Source: Eledone cirrhosa
Taxonomy: Eukaryota
Direction of reading: 5' to 3'
NCBI GenBank assembly: GCA_964016885.1
Contig: OZ024741.1
Coordinates: forward strand, 369,830,001-369,894,000
Length of the DNA stretch: 64,000 nucleotides
Positions within the stretch are counted from its first letter, which is position 1. Each line of letters opens with the position of its first letter. The notes below the pieces were generated by a model that was given only the letters and a program-made list of their open reading frames with translations, was not told where the DNA came from and ran no database searches. Positions 1 through 17,683 of this stretch are shown here, piece after piece. A program made the translations under genes and the position numbers.

Positions 1-599
1 GTGTGTAATTAATACATGCATACATTTATTTTTTAAAAATTAATTGAGTTCTTAACACGCAGGATTGATAATGTTTTTGAAAAATCTAATTAACCCACGT
101 GTATATTATTTTACTTTTCTCGTGACTCGCGATTGTCTCCCTTTTCCGCTTTGTGACGCTATGATATTTCCTCAGTCTAAAGACTGCTGGAATTTCAAAT
201 TTGGCGGTCATTCGATGCGTGAAGGGATAACTTAGCGGACACGAAAAATAACTGCGGTAAGAAATTTTTTCTTATATCAAAGTTTAATGGGCATCCACTG
301 ATGATTTATAAGTGCCCACCTACATATATTCTTACAGGAAATTATGTTAGGCTTCTACATAAACTGGAAACATTCTCCAAACTTGTAGAAAACTTATAAT
401 GAAACAATTGTTTGGAAAGAGAGATATATTTTAATTTTAATTATATCTCATATAAAATAATACAACTGGTTTTCCACAAAATACATATAGTTAGCACCCC
501 AAACACTAAATTGGGATTATACTAACGTATATCCTAATGTTTGTTGAGTGAGATGGTTACCAGCCGGAGTTTAGCTTAAAGCTTTCTCTGTTATTGTAT

Positions 600-703
<104 letters not shown>

Positions 704-772
704 ATCAAGATTTAGCAAATAAGAAAACGTTTTAAAATAAATTTAAAAAAATTCACTGTACCTGCTATGGTT

Positions 773-858
773 ACCTTTACCGTACGGTTTCGAGTCTCAA
801 AAATAAATGGACAGTCCTTACGGGCCTCCATTGAAAAGAAACACTCTCGTCAGAAGGT
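773..858 (-). ncRNA. Type I hammerhead ribozyme, intact core (Penelope-associated)
   Basis: Minus strand reads ACCTT-CTGACGA-GAGT...(long stem II insert)...ACTC-GAAA-CCGTACGG-TA-AAGGT. Stem I is ACCTT/AAGGT, stem III is palindromic and the cleavage triplet is GUA. Confidence 0.75.
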
Positions 859-1138
859 TCTTTTCACTCGGAGAATATAAAATTCCCGAGTTCGAATTAC
901 GAACTGGCGCTATTCAAAATTGTTCCCGAGATGAGAATGAATGATGTAGAAGCAATTCTGTCCAGTGCCGTGTGCAAAGATAGAAGGCAGAGGTGGAGAG
1001 GTCAATCTACTACCACTATAAATAGCAGTAGTCAAAACGACCAAATGTTCGTATATCATAGGTAAGTATACAATCCAATCCAAGAAGAGAGTGTAAAGAT
1101 TAGTTTGTGAAAATTAAATGCCAGAAGCAAAGAGAGTA

Positions 1139-1296
<158 letters not shown>

Positions 1297-1460
1297 ATAT
1301 ATTAGATGAGATTATTATATTAATCGAAACCGGTTAAATACAACAATTATTTAAAAAGTTTAATGCAACAATTATAAAGTTATTCATTCTGTCGTATTAA
1401 AGAAAAAATAATCTTTAAATATACTTCTGTGCTTTTTCAACTTTACCTTTTAACTATATA

Positions 1461-1705
1461 TATAATATAAGATCAAAAGATGGTTAAAAGAGTTCCAAGT
1501 ATTTTATTATGCGCATTTCAAAAACAAATATCATCATGGGATGATATCTGCGTTCTCATCAGATAAAATAGGGAGACATGATATGAAGCTTAAAAAACAC
1601 TTGTGAATAGTGAAGTTTTAAATCAACATATCAACATATTTGTTTTTGAAATGCGTATAATAAAATACTTGGAAATCTTTTAACCATCTTTTGATCTTAT
1701 ATTAT
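1461..1705. repeat. ~70-bp inverted repeat (Penelope-type inverted 3' end)
   Basis: AAGATCAAAAGATGGTTAAAAG...ATTTCAAAAACAAATAT (~1469-1531) is the reverse complement of ~1636-1698. Confidence 0.8.
1500..1570 (-). ncRNA. Type I hammerhead ribozyme, intact core
   Basis: Minus strand reads TATTTTAT-CTGATGA-(stem II GATATCATC/GATGATATT)-GAAA-TGCGCA-TA-ATAAAATA, giving an 8-bp stem I and a palindromic stem III. Confidence 0.75.
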
Positions 1706-1789
1706 TTATACTCCAGTCCTACAAACTGTAGAGTGTTACTTATCCGATATTTGCATTGCTTTATTGTGCTACAATAAAACTCACCTCCT

Positions 1790-1841
<52 letters not shown>

Positions 1842-2016
1842 CTTTCATGTTTTTTCTGCTAACTCCCCCCTCACCTCCCTCGGAGTTCCTCCCCCACTCT
1901 GCTGATGAAGGACTTGTGTTGGAAATGTCGTAATCAACCAAGCGTGAAGCTAAAACACCATGTAGCATTTACCCCTGCGTTTGTTTGTTTATTTGTTATT
2001 TCGAACTATATAATAC

Positions 2017-2065
<49 letters not shown>

Positions 2066-2479
2066 CATACACCCCCCCACACACAAATATATATAAATAT
2101 ATATATGATATTATTTATTTTGAGAATAATACCATAACATAAGTATGACCAAGCGATTATCGCCATTTTGAACAGAAAGAGGCTAGAGAATTCTGGCCGG
2201 ATATGGTCGGTTTAAATGATAAAGGGTTTAACAACACCAACGACATGAAGAACAGCATTCGTTGATGTACTATATTAGAAAAAGAAAATGACCATGATGT
2301 CAAGAATAGCAGGTTTTTACTTACAATTCTGCTCGATCATGGCTGACTTAGAGTAAGCGACTACAACATTTACCACCATCATCGACCCCCCCGCCCCACA
2401 ACAACGATAAGAATAACAACGCCATCACTACCACCACCAACAACGACCCCAACCAAAACTGCAACTGACACAATATCAA

Positions 2480-4533
2480 CGACATCTGCTACCATAACCA
2501 CCACCACCAACAACAACTACAACAATAGCCACTACAAGAGCCACCATAACAGTCACTACCACAACAGCCACCACAACAGCATCTGCTAACATAACCACTA
2601 CCACCACCACCACCACCACCACCAAATACAACAACCACCACCACACCACAACAAGCACCACAAAAACCATCACAACAACTACCAGAACAACCACCACAAC
2701 AGTCACCACAACAACTATCACAACAGTCACCACTACAACAACTACCACCACAACAACCATAACAACAACCACCACAACAACCATCACAACAACCATCACA
2801 ACAACCACCACAACAACCATCACAACAACCACGACAACAACTACAATAACAACAACCATAACAACAACCACCACAACAACCACCACAACTACCACCACAA
2901 CAACCATAACAACAACCACCACAACTACCACCACAACAACCATAACAACAACCACCACAACAACCACCACAATAACCACCACAACAACCATCACAACAAC
3001 CACCACAACAACCATCACAACTACCACCACAACAACCACCACAACAACCACCACAACAACCATCACAACAACCACCACAACAACCACCACAACAACCACC
3101 ATTACAACCATAACAACAACCACCACAACAACCACCACAACAACCACCACAACAACCACCACAACCACTACAACAACAACCATCACAACAACCAACACAA
3201 CAACCACCACAACAACCACCACAACAACCACCACAATAACCACCACAACATCCACCACAACAACCACCACAATAATTTTCACAACAACCATAACAACAAC
3301 CACCACAACAACCCCCACAACAACCACCACAACAACCACCACAACATCCACCACAACAACCACCACAATAATTTTCACAACAACCATAACAACAACCACC
3401 ACAACAACCCCCACAAAAACCACCACAACAACCACCACAACAACCACCACAACAACCACCACATCAACCACCACAACAAACACCATTACAACCATCACAA
3501 CAACCACCACAACAACCATCACAACAACCACTATAACAACCATCACAACAACCACCACAACAACCACCACAACAACCACCACAACAACCACCACAACAAC
3601 CACCACAACAACCACCACAACCACTACAACAACAACCATCACAACAACCAACACAACAACCACCACAACAACCACCACAACAACCACCACAATAACCACC
3701 ACAACATCCACCACAACAACCACCACAATAATTTTCACAACAACCATAACAACAACCACCACAACAACCCCCACAACAACCACCACAACAACCACCACAA
3801 CATCCACCACAACAACCACCACAATAATTTTCACAACAACCATAACAACAACCACCACAACAACCCCCACAAAAACCACCACAACAACCACCACAACAAC
3901 CACCACATCAACCACCACAACAAACACCATTACAACCATCACAACAACCACCACAACAACCATCACAACAACCACTATAACAACCATCACAACAACCACC
4001 ACAACAACCATCACAACAACCACCACAACAACCACCACAACAACCACCACAATAACCACCACAACATCCACCACAACAACCACCACAATAATTTTCACAA
4101 CAACCATAACAACAACCACCACAACAACCCCCACAACAACCACCACAACAACCACCACAACATCCACCACAACAACCACCACAATAATTTTCACAACAAC
4201 CATAACAACAACCACCACAACAACCCCCACAAAAACCACCACAAAAACCACCACAACAACCACCACAACTACCACCACAACAACCACCACATCAACCACC
4301 ACAACAAACACCATTACAACCATCACAACAACCACTATAACAACCATCACAACAACCACCACAACAACCATCACAACAACCACCACAACAACCACCACAA
4401 CAACCACCACAACAACCACCACAACAACCATCACAACAACCACCACAACAACCATCAGAACAACCACCACAACATCCATCAGAACAACCATCGCAACAAC
4501 CACCACAACAACCACCACAACAACCATCGCAAC
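2480..4533. repeat. 12-bp minisatellite (ACAACCACCACA)n with higher-order structure
   Basis: About 2 kb of tandem 12-mers. The marker variant AATAATTTTC recurs at 3271, 3367, 3727, 3823, 4087 and 4183. Confidence 0.9.
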
Positions 4534-4740
4534 ATGGTAGTGTATGACAGTATGGTGAGACTGTTGTTATTTTATGGCAATGGCTTCTGTTATGTGATGA
4601 CAATGACAAGGAGACAGAGAAAATGGCGGCTGCAAGAGAGAGAGAGGTGGGGGAGAACAAGAAGTGTAGAGGGAAAATAGAAATAATAGAATAAAAGAGG
4701 TAAAGACTTCGAACAGAAAGATTAATGGCGGCCATGGTGG

Positions 4741-4779
<39 letters not shown>

Positions 4780-5185
4780 AGGTGCATATAGTGATAGTTG
4801 TGGTGGTGGATATGGTGGCGATGGTCATGGTGGGGTGTGTGGTAGAAGTGGTGGATATGGTCGCGTATACGGTGGTGGTGGTGGTGATGGTGGATATTGT
4901 AGCAATGGCGGATAAGGTGGTGCTAGATATAGTGACGGTGGATATGGTAGGGGGATGGTGAATATGGTGGTTGTGGTGGTGGTGGTGGTGATGGTGGATA
5001 TGGTGGTGGGGATGGTGATGGAGGTGGGGATGGTTGTCTTGAAGATGGTGGTTGTGATGGTGGTTGTGGTGGTGGATATAGTGGTGAATATGATGGTGGC
5101 GCTGGTGATGGTGGTTGTGATGGCAGTTGTTGTGGTGGTGGTGGATATGGTGGTGGGGATGGAGATGGTGATGGTGGATATGTTG
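4780..5185. repeat. Degenerate (GGT/GAT)n low-complexity tract
   Basis: GTGGTGGTGGATATG-type units with opposite polarity to the upstream ACC/ACA array. Confidence 0.8.
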
Positions 5186-5665
5186 GGAAAAGGATATGGC
5201 AGATAAATAATTTTAAAGCCTTGGTCGTAGATTTTCTCTGATTTAGTGCTGGGTTTGTTTTCACTTCTTTTGTCAACTTGGTCAACCCTCGCTTTAAATA
5301 AAGTGATAGGATTCACCAGGGACCCGACCGCCGAGATTGAGCCACCGATTGGTAATGGTCGTGTGTGTGTGTAAGGAGAGGGGGGCTGTGGTGCGTAGTT
5401 GGGACGAACGAGGGACGTAGGAGAGAATAAGGAGCCTTCAAAGAGATCTGGAGTGAAGAATATCTGTATGTCTCGTGTCAATGATGTATGTGCATGTGTG
5501 TATGAGTGCATGTGTGGTTGTGTCTCATTGTGCGTGTGTGTATGTGTGCCTGTGTGTGTGTGTGTGTGTGTGTGTGTGATTGCGTTGTTGTTGGCAATAG
5601 ATGCCAATAAATTAGAGTTGGTGTCGAAGAGTTTCTATTATCTGGAGGAGTCATAGATTCACAAT

Positions 5666-8878
<3,213 letters not shown>

Positions 8879-8977
8879 AGGGGGTGTAACTTGGAGTTAC
8901 TGCAGGTTCACCCGGGAGAGCACTCGATGTTTAGGTTCTCTTCTGTGATGAGGTGTAGAGCTATACAGAGTGTAATA

Positions 8978-9251
8978 TATTGAAAGGATAACAAGGACGA
9001 TTGGTTACTCCTTCATTGCATTTATTGGTGGGTGACGCGCGTTTCGCCACTGATCAACTCAAGGTTCGATCTGTACTGATCCTACCCGACTCAATAATCG
9101 GTAGCTCGACTTTAAGAGAGTCCGTCGAGCTGCCGATTATTGAGTCGAGTAGGATCGATACAGATCGAACCTTGAGCTGATCAGTGGCGAAACGCGCGTC
9201 ACCTATCAATAAATGCAATGAAGGAGTAATCAATCGTCCTTGTTATCCTTT

Positions 9252-9256
<5 letters not shown>
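8978..9256. repeat. Near-perfect palindrome (133-bp arms, 13-nt loop) from a Penelope-type 3' end
   Basis: Arms 8978-9110 and 9124-9256 pair without indels and differ by about 8 transitions. The right arm carries CGAAACGCGCGTC followed by AATAAA. Confidence 0.9.
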
Positions 9257-9281
<25 letters not shown>

Positions 9282-9286
<5 letters not shown>

Positions 9287-9727
9287 TAAACTCAAATAGT
9301 CTTTTCCAATTAATTAACTCAAAGAAAAGAATATTTCTGAGCCGTGTAATACAAATGAATATATAGGGATAAACACTGATACGAGTATACAAATGTTCGT
9401 ATTGAAAATGACCAAGTTAGCTAGATTGAAAAATACTAATTAAAATAATACAGTTTGCCTGTCTCGATTTAAAATAAAAAATCAATAAAAACAAATCTAT
9501 ATTGGCAAAAGCCGTGATACCTGGACAGATTTAAATTTCAAACTTCAAATTTGTTTCGCAACGATTAAGTGAAAGTTCCTATTTCTGTGCTCTTCTGCAG
9601 GTATCCAGAAATTGGTAAGTTTCACTTCAAAATACTAATGAAGTTTTCAATCTAGCTAACTTGGTCATTTACAATACGAACACTTGTATACTCGTATCAG
9701 TGTTTATCCATATCATATATTCATTTG

Positions 9728-9763
<36 letters not shown>

Positions 9764-10309
9764 ACATAAACGGAGAAAGCTAATAGCGATACCCCGACCA
9801 ATTTCCAACTCACTCAACAAACATTAGGAAATGCCGGAGTATATTCCCAATTAAACGTTTGGAGTGCTAACTATATTGTATTGTGTGGATAATTGGCTGT
9901 ATTATTTTGTATGAGATATATTAAATATCTCATCTCCCAAACGAATCGTTTCATTGTAAGATTTCTACACGGTAGGTGAAATTATACCAAGTTATGTAGA
10001 AACTGGACAAACTTTAAATGTTTGACAAATTTTAAAATTTGTCTAACAGATTTAAATTTTCTCCAGGTATCACGGCCATTGCCAATATAGGTTTGTTATT
10101 TTTATTGATTTATTATTTTAAATCGAGACAGGCAAACCATATGTTAAATTAGTATTCTTTCAACCTAGCTAACTTGGTCATTAGCAATCCGAACACTTCT
10201 ATAATTGTATAGGTGTTCATCCCTCATATATTCATTTGTATTACACGGCTCAGAAATATTCCCTTCTTTGAGCTATTTAATTGTAAAAGACTATTTCGAG
10301 TTTATAACT
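9282..10309. repeat. Composite fold-back repeat with ~250-bp diverged inverted arms
   Basis: 9282-9536 is the diverged reverse complement of ~10050-10309. 9645-9733 is a third partial arm copy. ~9840-10003 is the diverged reverse complement of ~350-525. Confidence 0.75.
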
Positions 10310-10421
10310 CAATATTTGATATATATATATATATATATATACCCCACTCTGAAGCGTGAAACTAATATTAACATTTTGCACAGCCTCTTCGCTTCCTCGT
10401 TGTTTTTCGTTTTCTGTTTCA

Positions 10422-10466
<45 letters not shown>

Positions 10467-10939
10467 CAAATATTGAGTATAAGTGGCGTATATATATATA
10501 TATTAGATTGGTAAATATTCTGACAAACGAAGAGCTATGCCATTGCAGTTTGAAGCTCAATTTAGTTCCAAAATCAGCAAGATAAGTCGGGTATTCTTAT
10601 CAGAGGTATAATCCGCAGAAGTATTTAGGAATTAAATTTGAAGTAAATATATCGGTCGAGCCATATTAATGCTGTGGTACAGAGCACATTGATAATAATA
10701 CACAAATAACAAATTAAAGTAATTTTTCTTCGAATACATTTCTACAAAAGTGAGTAGAAAAAAATAAAGGAAACACTAGCGAAGAAACCTTTTTGTGCTT
10801 CATTATTCATACATATCTATACAATTTAATATAAGCTTTGACTCGAGTAACTATGTAATAATTTTGCTGATTTCTTGTCACCGGAGAATTAAGAAAATAC
10901 TTGGTTTTAAGCATAAATCCAATCAATCTGACCATAGAA

Positions 10940-11820
10940 CAATACTGCAATTGTCGCTACAGGGAAGTGAGTCCTATGGACTCCAAACGCCTAACTACCA
11001 ATGTAGTATACAAATGTGTGGGCACCACCAGAACGCAGAGAAATGTATACATAGGTATGACGGCTAACACCTTCAAATCACGCAGAACAATTTTACCTTC
11101 CGACACCCAGAACGAAAGCATACACAAGCCTCTTTAGCCACCACTGACGGTTACGCGAAAACTGAATACCCTACTACTTAAGTTTGACCACCATCACAAA
11201 GACCCTACCCTACTCAGGAGCAGGAGGAGGCCTCGGAAACTTTAATCGACATTTCCCTCCCACGAAATTGTTGACCTTGTGCCTATATAAGCAACCATTA
11301 AATGATTTATTTAACCTTGCTCATTTACTTCTATATAACACACGTTTTATTGTTAATTCTTTACTTTAAAATATTCCTTCAGTCAATAAGCCTTGTCTAT
11401 AAATAGCCATACGCCTAACCTCACCCACTCCCTATTCCTATGAATATTATACCCCTTCTCCTCCTATTCCACTCATATCCACTAACCACCCCTGCCCCAC
11501 CCACACTAATTCCTTCTCTTGACCCCTTGCCTGTCCAAATACATTTACCATTCTCTGGCCCCGCCACTTTCTCCATCTGACCAGTTTACTATTATGATAA
11601 ATTAAACCAAACACTACCAAGAATAGTGACTTATTTTTTCACACCCTACAAATATTACTACACCCTCATAAAGGCTTGCTGAAGATACAAGCCGAAACCA
11701 CTTGGTGTCGTGGTCAGATTTTTACATATCTCCATATTGTAAACAACAAGATCGAAATCACTGGATATCAATCTAAACCCTTATTATCATAATTAACTCC
11801 CAAAATTTTTTCTTGAATTA
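10940..11820 (+). mobile_element. Degenerate 5'-truncated Penelope-like element (GIY-YIG remnant and 3' UTR)
   Basis: Translation gives CNCRYREVSP...NVVYKC...NVYIGMTANTFKSR. A degenerate hammerhead at ~11663-11718 has stem II GGCTTG/CAAGCC, GAAA, stem III CCAC/GTGG, TC, with the core decayed to CTCATAA. Confidence 0.7.
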
Positions 11821-12260
11821 TGGTCGAGAGCTCCATATTGGTGACGTTATGCTGCTTTTAAGCATTAACACCAACTCCAGCCAGACGGACATTGCTGCTG
11901 TCACTTGACGTCAGAATAGTAGTTAATGCTACATGTGGGATACCAGCACTAATATGAAAATATTGTAGTAAGTTTGATTTTTCGGAAATCCTTTATAGAA
12001 CTGCTGGCTGATGATAATTCCTTCGTCCGGAACTTGTTGGTTATGGATTTATTATTGATCAATGACCAGAGAATTTTCCACGGAGTTTGAAACAGTACTG
12101 TACCAGCTTATATGTGTATATTTGTAGTCCAAAGGATTTTTGTGTGCTAAACTAGGAGGATACTCTATTTATCTGGTTGATTTCTACGGACTAAGGAGAA
12201 GAAACATTTGATATATTTTATCTGTCTGTTCTTCAAACTTATAATTTCATATATACATAC

Positions 12261-12351
<91 letters not shown>

Positions 12352-12829
12352 CAATCTTATCCATCCCATGCCCCCCCTGGACAGGTCGCAGGCCCATCGC
12401 CAGTTTTTGCGGCATGAAATGGTGACTGAAATATATTTTTCGAACAGGCCCCTCTACCTAAAGCCTGAACACAACCCTTGTTAACCCGCGTGAAAGACGA
12501 CGCGGTATGATTCTTTTTCTTATCGTTCATCATATTGCAGTTTTGGTGGTCTTATTCGCGCCAGTCACCAATCTAGTACTTTCTCAGACCCGGGAAGACT
12601 AGGTTTTTTAGAGGCGGCCTTTACTCACCTCGACATATCTATATCACTGGGTTGTGGGAGTTTTCTTGGGAGGTATAGGTGTCACCCATTGCTTCATCTC
12701 CCCTAGTAGTTTACCGCTTTTGTTCCGGGTTTGCTTATTCGTCCGGCAGCTGCCCGCTTATATCGCAACTAATCGTCATATCTGTTGGCCCTCTTGCTAC
12801 CAGCCACCTGTGATCCGTTCTCTAGCCGA

Positions 12830-12995
12830 ACAGCGCTGCCGAGACCCAGGTGTAGATGGTTGGATAACACCCACGAGCTCGAGTGGTCACAGTTGATCCA
12901 ACCGGATCAGTTGAAAAGGGTTGCTTCTGACAGGACCCGCTGGAATGGGTGTTTGAGACTCTGCACTCACGACATTCTCAGGAATAAGTAGGCGA
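12830..12995 (+). mobile_element. Probable RTE-type LINE C-terminal remnant
   Basis: RPRCRWLD...LKRVASDRTRW resembles the RP..RW.D...A.DR..W motif at the end of RTE ORFs. Confidence 0.45.
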
Positions 12996-13019
12996 AGAAG
13001 GTGATCTATCAATCTATCT

Positions 13020-15472
13020 AAGGAAGTAGCTTTAGAAATAAAAAAAACTGAAAAGTAACTGGTAGCTAAAGTAGAAGAGGCACTTAGGAATGGCAGTACA
13101 GCTGAACTGCTAGCGGCGAGAACGGCACTAGACCAGTTCTTCAACGTGAAATACGAAGGTTGTATTGTCAAAAGTAGAACACGCGCTCTAAGTAACGAGA
13201 GAGCCAAAGCTGTTAGCTGGGCCTGAGTGGCAGAGGCGAAAAGTGGCAACAAATCCACAATTCGGTCTTTGCAAGACAAAGATGGACGCATTCTACTTGA
13301 ATCCAAGAAGATGTGCACGGCCTTCCAGCAGAATTTTGCACAACTGTTCGGGCAAAACGGTACGTCGAGCGAGGTGATGGACTTCAGTTCCTACCTCGAC
13401 GGCTTACCACGACTCTCGAGCACGGATGCGGAGAGCTGCGAAAGGCCGATCACAGCGGGCGAAATAGAAGATGCCCTAGGCCGCTGCGGGAAACGCAAAT
13501 CACCCGGTTTAGATGGTCTACTCTATGAGTTTTACATAGGCATGCCAGACTTGTTCTCTGGCGTCCTTGAAACGGTCTACTGCAACTGGCAGCAGAACGG
13601 GAGGATCGCCAGTTCTGTAGGCAGAGGCGTAGTAACGCTGATCAGGAAAGATGAGAACAAGGGGGATGAGATAAGCAATTTCAGGCCCATAACTCTGCTC
13701 AACACAGAGTTAAAGATTTGGGCCAAGGTGTTAGCAACGAGGCTGGCGCTTGTAGTTGAGAACCTGGTGGGGGAAGCGTAACGTGTGCAATCCCGACCAG
13801 GTCCATACACGACAACCTCCACCTCATGCGATACATCACAGAGAGGGTAGGGTGTAAACCTGGCTTCGGTGGGGCTCTGATCAATTTAGATCAGTCTAAG
13901 GCATTTGATAGGGTCGACCATAATACTTGGAAGCGGTTCTCAAGGCTGCCGGCTTCGGTCCCATCTTCAGAGGCTGGATCGCTGCCGTGCACACCAGCAT
14001 CTGCTCGGCAGTCAAGGTGAATGGCTACCTATCAGAGCCATTCCAAATCATGCGTTCCATGCATCAGGGATGCCCTCTCTCCTCCATTCTGTATGTACTG
14101 ACTCTTGAGTCATTACTGCGGAAGCTGGAGCTGTTGCAGGGCATCCCGATCGAACCACAACTGCGGAAAGCAGCGTTGCCTATGCCGAGGACATAACCGT
14201 AATGGTGTCGAAAACGTCGGAAATCGGAGTAATCGGCAACCTATTACAAGAATACGAGACGTTGACAGGAGCAAGACTAAACCCAAACGAGTCTGTCGGT
14301 TTGCAACTCGGCACATGGAGAGGCAAACCCATGCCTTCCGACAGTGTCCTTGGACGCTGGACGGAAGGACCGGTGAAATTGCTCGGGGTCTACTTTGGTC
14401 CAGACCTCCAGGTGGACAAGAACTGGAACGAGGTCACAACGAAGGTGTTTGCACTCACCCAGAAGTGGGCTGAGTGCAAACTCTCCTTGAAAGATCGAGC
14501 GGAGGTGGCGAACACTTACATAGCATCCGTCATCTACTACCGCTTGACAGTTGTGCCTTGTCCCCGCGAATACCTCACCAAAATGGAACTCCTACTCTTC
14601 AAGTTCCTCTGGGAGAAACAGGCTCCATTGGTGAGGAGATCCATCTGCTGTCAACACCCTTCTAATGGAGGTCTGGGCATGCAGTGACTGATGATGCACA
14701 AACACGCGCTGAGGCTACGCCATCTCCAGGTATTCCTGACCGGTGACCTGGTGTGGCTGTCGTTTGTGAGACTAGCTCTTCCACAACTCGTCTCACTAAC
14801 AGAGCTGCAGTCCTGGGTCAAGCGAAGACCTAAAATGGGCTCCTGGCACCTCGAGTGCCTACAGGCGCTCACAGCCCTCTACAAAGCGGAAACGGCAATC
14901 AGCGGAGACTCCACTTCGACATTCTATAGGGGATTAGTGGAGGATAAGTGCGTTCTCGACGAAACTCTAGGCATCGAAGAGGACGAACTGACCAGTCTGT
15001 TCGGAAGGACTTTCCGTCCAGGGCCTATGAATAACTTCCAGAGGTCTCTGGCCTGGAAGTGCTACCGAGGAGCTCTACCAATTCGAGACAAAATCTACAG
15101 GCACGGACGTCCTGGCAGAGATCCTGCCAAAAGGACCTGTCCAAGATGCGAGCAGGATATCGAAACCGTTCTGCACGCTATTGTTCAGTGCCCAGGGGTG
15201 ACCGACCTGTGGAATTATGTCGAACAGCTACTGTCATGTGTGGGACGCATCCAGTTGTCAGCCGAGTCCATCGTAAGGATCAACCCACCGCCTTCATTTA
15301 AGAATGAAGGAGAGGCGGTTTTCCTCTGTCTGGTGGCCATGGCAAAAGAGGTAATATGGTGGACGAGGTTAAAAGGACTGAGGGAAACACACCTTTCTCT
15401 CCGGAAAACAACTTCTCCCCTTCTTTAAGTACCACTTCAGAAGGAAGGTGAGAGTGGAGTGAGAGTGCTACA
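13020..15472 (+). mobile_element. Tx1-clade LINE copy A (5'- and 3'-truncated, disrupted ORF2)
   Basis: RT motifs SPGLDG, FRPITLLN, LDQSKAFDRVDH and QGCPLS plus a C-terminal CPRC..H..C, with several stops and frameshifts. Preceded by ATCTATCAATCTATCT and followed by (CTAT)n. Confidence 0.9.
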
Positions 15473-15749
15473 CTATCTATCTATCTATTTAACTATCTAT
15501 CTATCTATCTAAAGAAATCTATCTATCTATCTATCTTTCTGTCTGACGTGTGGAATATCGCCGGTAAGTTTTTTGTTAATTTCTATGCAAAAAACCGATC
15601 TAATTGTTTGAAAAAATACAACACTTTGTAGATTAACCCCCAAGCTGAATTGTCAGCTGGGTGGTAATCCCATTTTTCGCCCCTGTAGGGGCGAACATTT
15701 TATTTAAAAAAATTTGTTTTAAATAATCAAATTTTACAAAGTAAAAAAC

Positions 15750-17642
15750 TTGAGCAACACTAGAACGCTGGAGAACGTTAATAGAGAAAAGAGAGAGAAA
15801 GAGGCAGATATTAACGTTATATCTGCTTCTGTTGCTATGGACGTTGCCATAGATAAACTGTTACAAAAGAAAAAAAATATATCAACATTTGAAAATGTTA
15901 CAATTTCTACCGCCGAAGCGGAGAAAAATGACAATAACACACAGGAAAACACGGCAAAAAAACCCATTGACATACATACACATGAAAAAGACATCAACAA
16001 CTCTACAGATACATCTACACATAAAATTTCCAACAACGATAACATCATTATCAACAACAACATCACACAAAAAAAGAAAATGTCTTTCGCTGACACAGTC
16101 AACAAGAAACAAGATTTTATAAATCTTGATATCTCCAACGCAAGAGATATGCTCCAGCAAGGGAGAAAATTTGTAACTTTCGAAGAAAGAGGTGGGTTTA
16201 GAATTAACTCACCCCTTGAAATAAAGGAAGACACAAACCGCCGATCAGTCACTTTTAGGACTGTGTCAAATTCGTCAAGAAAACCGACATTTGTTAATCA
16301 GTCAGATATAGAAGATTCTTTCAAGGATATTCTAGCAAATGTCGATTTTCTCCAGCGAGGAAAACAGTACGGAAGTGTTTCCGTACTGTTTAAAAGCGAG
16401 ACACTCGCCCCCAAAAACTCTGTGACACCAATAGTGTCAAAAGCATACACCTTTTTCCCTACATACATGGGGAAAAGGACACAAAAAATAAAAATAAAAA
16501 ACATACCTCCAAGCATTAACATCTGGTGGATCTTGGCTGGCTTCGTAGAGCCAGAAACAGACATAATACTTTCGATACGAAAATCCATTCGACAAAGGTG
16601 GGCGGGCACCGATTTGGAGATTCTGTTGCAAATGAAACCGGAGAGAATCTCCAAAATACCCGAAAGAGTCGTTATTGATAATAACAACAAAATAAACATT
16701 TCGGTAGAAGGACGAAAATTTCACTGCTTTCGCTGTGGTAGCACATCTCACCTAAAAGCCTCTTGTCCACAAACACACAACAACAACATCATAAAAAAAA
16801 CGCTATTACCAACACCAACACCAAAACAACCACCACCACCACCACCACCACCACCACAAGTACAACGACAGACGAAACGAGCAACCACACCAAAACAAAC
16901 AGACACTCAACCAACAACAACAGAAAAAACAGAGACAACACCCCTGAAGAACACATCCCCACTCCATCCCACTCCATCAAACACTACCACAAACACACAT
17001 ACCGAAACACTACCACCACCACACAACATACCCTTACCCCACACACCTGACGATGATTATTCATCGACGGATGAAGCTGCTTCTCCTTCTTTAAGTGAAG
17101 AAGAGGGAGAACCGCGGAAATCCAAAATCTAAAAAAAGAGACACCACAAAACCCCCAAAACTCCAATCACCAACACCAACACACAACCACAGACACAAAC
17201 AACAACACAAACAACACCACAGTCAAACATCCCCCTATCAGCAAAACCAGCACCAACACCACCCCAAACACAAGCACCCACCATAAAAAGAAAACTCCCG
17301 GATGAACAACAAACTAAAACAATACAACAAAAACACAAACAACAATACGCATACATCAACACAAACAACAAGAGTTTGATGGAGGTCATCTCCCAAAACC
17401 CCAAGGTGGAGACGGAGGGCAAAACTTTCGTCAAGGCAGAATCGTCTCCACACCTTAAACTTATAAGGGTTTCTATGGAAACCTATAAAGACCTGAAAAT
17501 TAAATTTTCACAGGACGTGGGCAACCCCTGCCACAAACCCATCAACCGCGTCCTGTTGAAAGGTTTCCCCATCCCACCCAACACCCCATCCAGCACCCAA
17601 ATGGAGATTGAACAACCCGATCTCCAGGAAACGAAAAGGTAA
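15750..17642 (+). pseudogene. Tx1 ORF1 (gag-like, CCHC zinc knuckle), interrupted after 17132
   Basis: CFRCGSTSHLKASC fits CX2CX4HX4C and is followed by a Pro/Thr-rich tail. The C-terminal part (17376-17642) is homologous to the ORF1 end of copy C. Confidence 0.85.
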
Positions 17643-17683
17643 GTGCACCTTTCGTCCTTTTTCTCCAACTTTTCTTCACCAAC

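Noticed and set aside
2476-4527. 683-aa poly-Val ORF on the minus strand
   Set aside because: It is a by-product of the 12-bp repeat, which lacks stops in that frame, and has no plausible protein composition.
4825-5607. 260-aa minus-strand ORF with a non-repetitive middle (RPNYAPQPPSPY...)
   Set aside because: It has no recognisable domain and both ends are simple repeats. A host exon is possible but unsupported.
8978-9256. Possible hyper-editing of this palindrome
   Set aside because: It has only about 8 mismatches, of both G.T (5) and A.C (3) type, consistent with ordinary DNA transitions. It serves as a control for the 39.6 kb hairpin.
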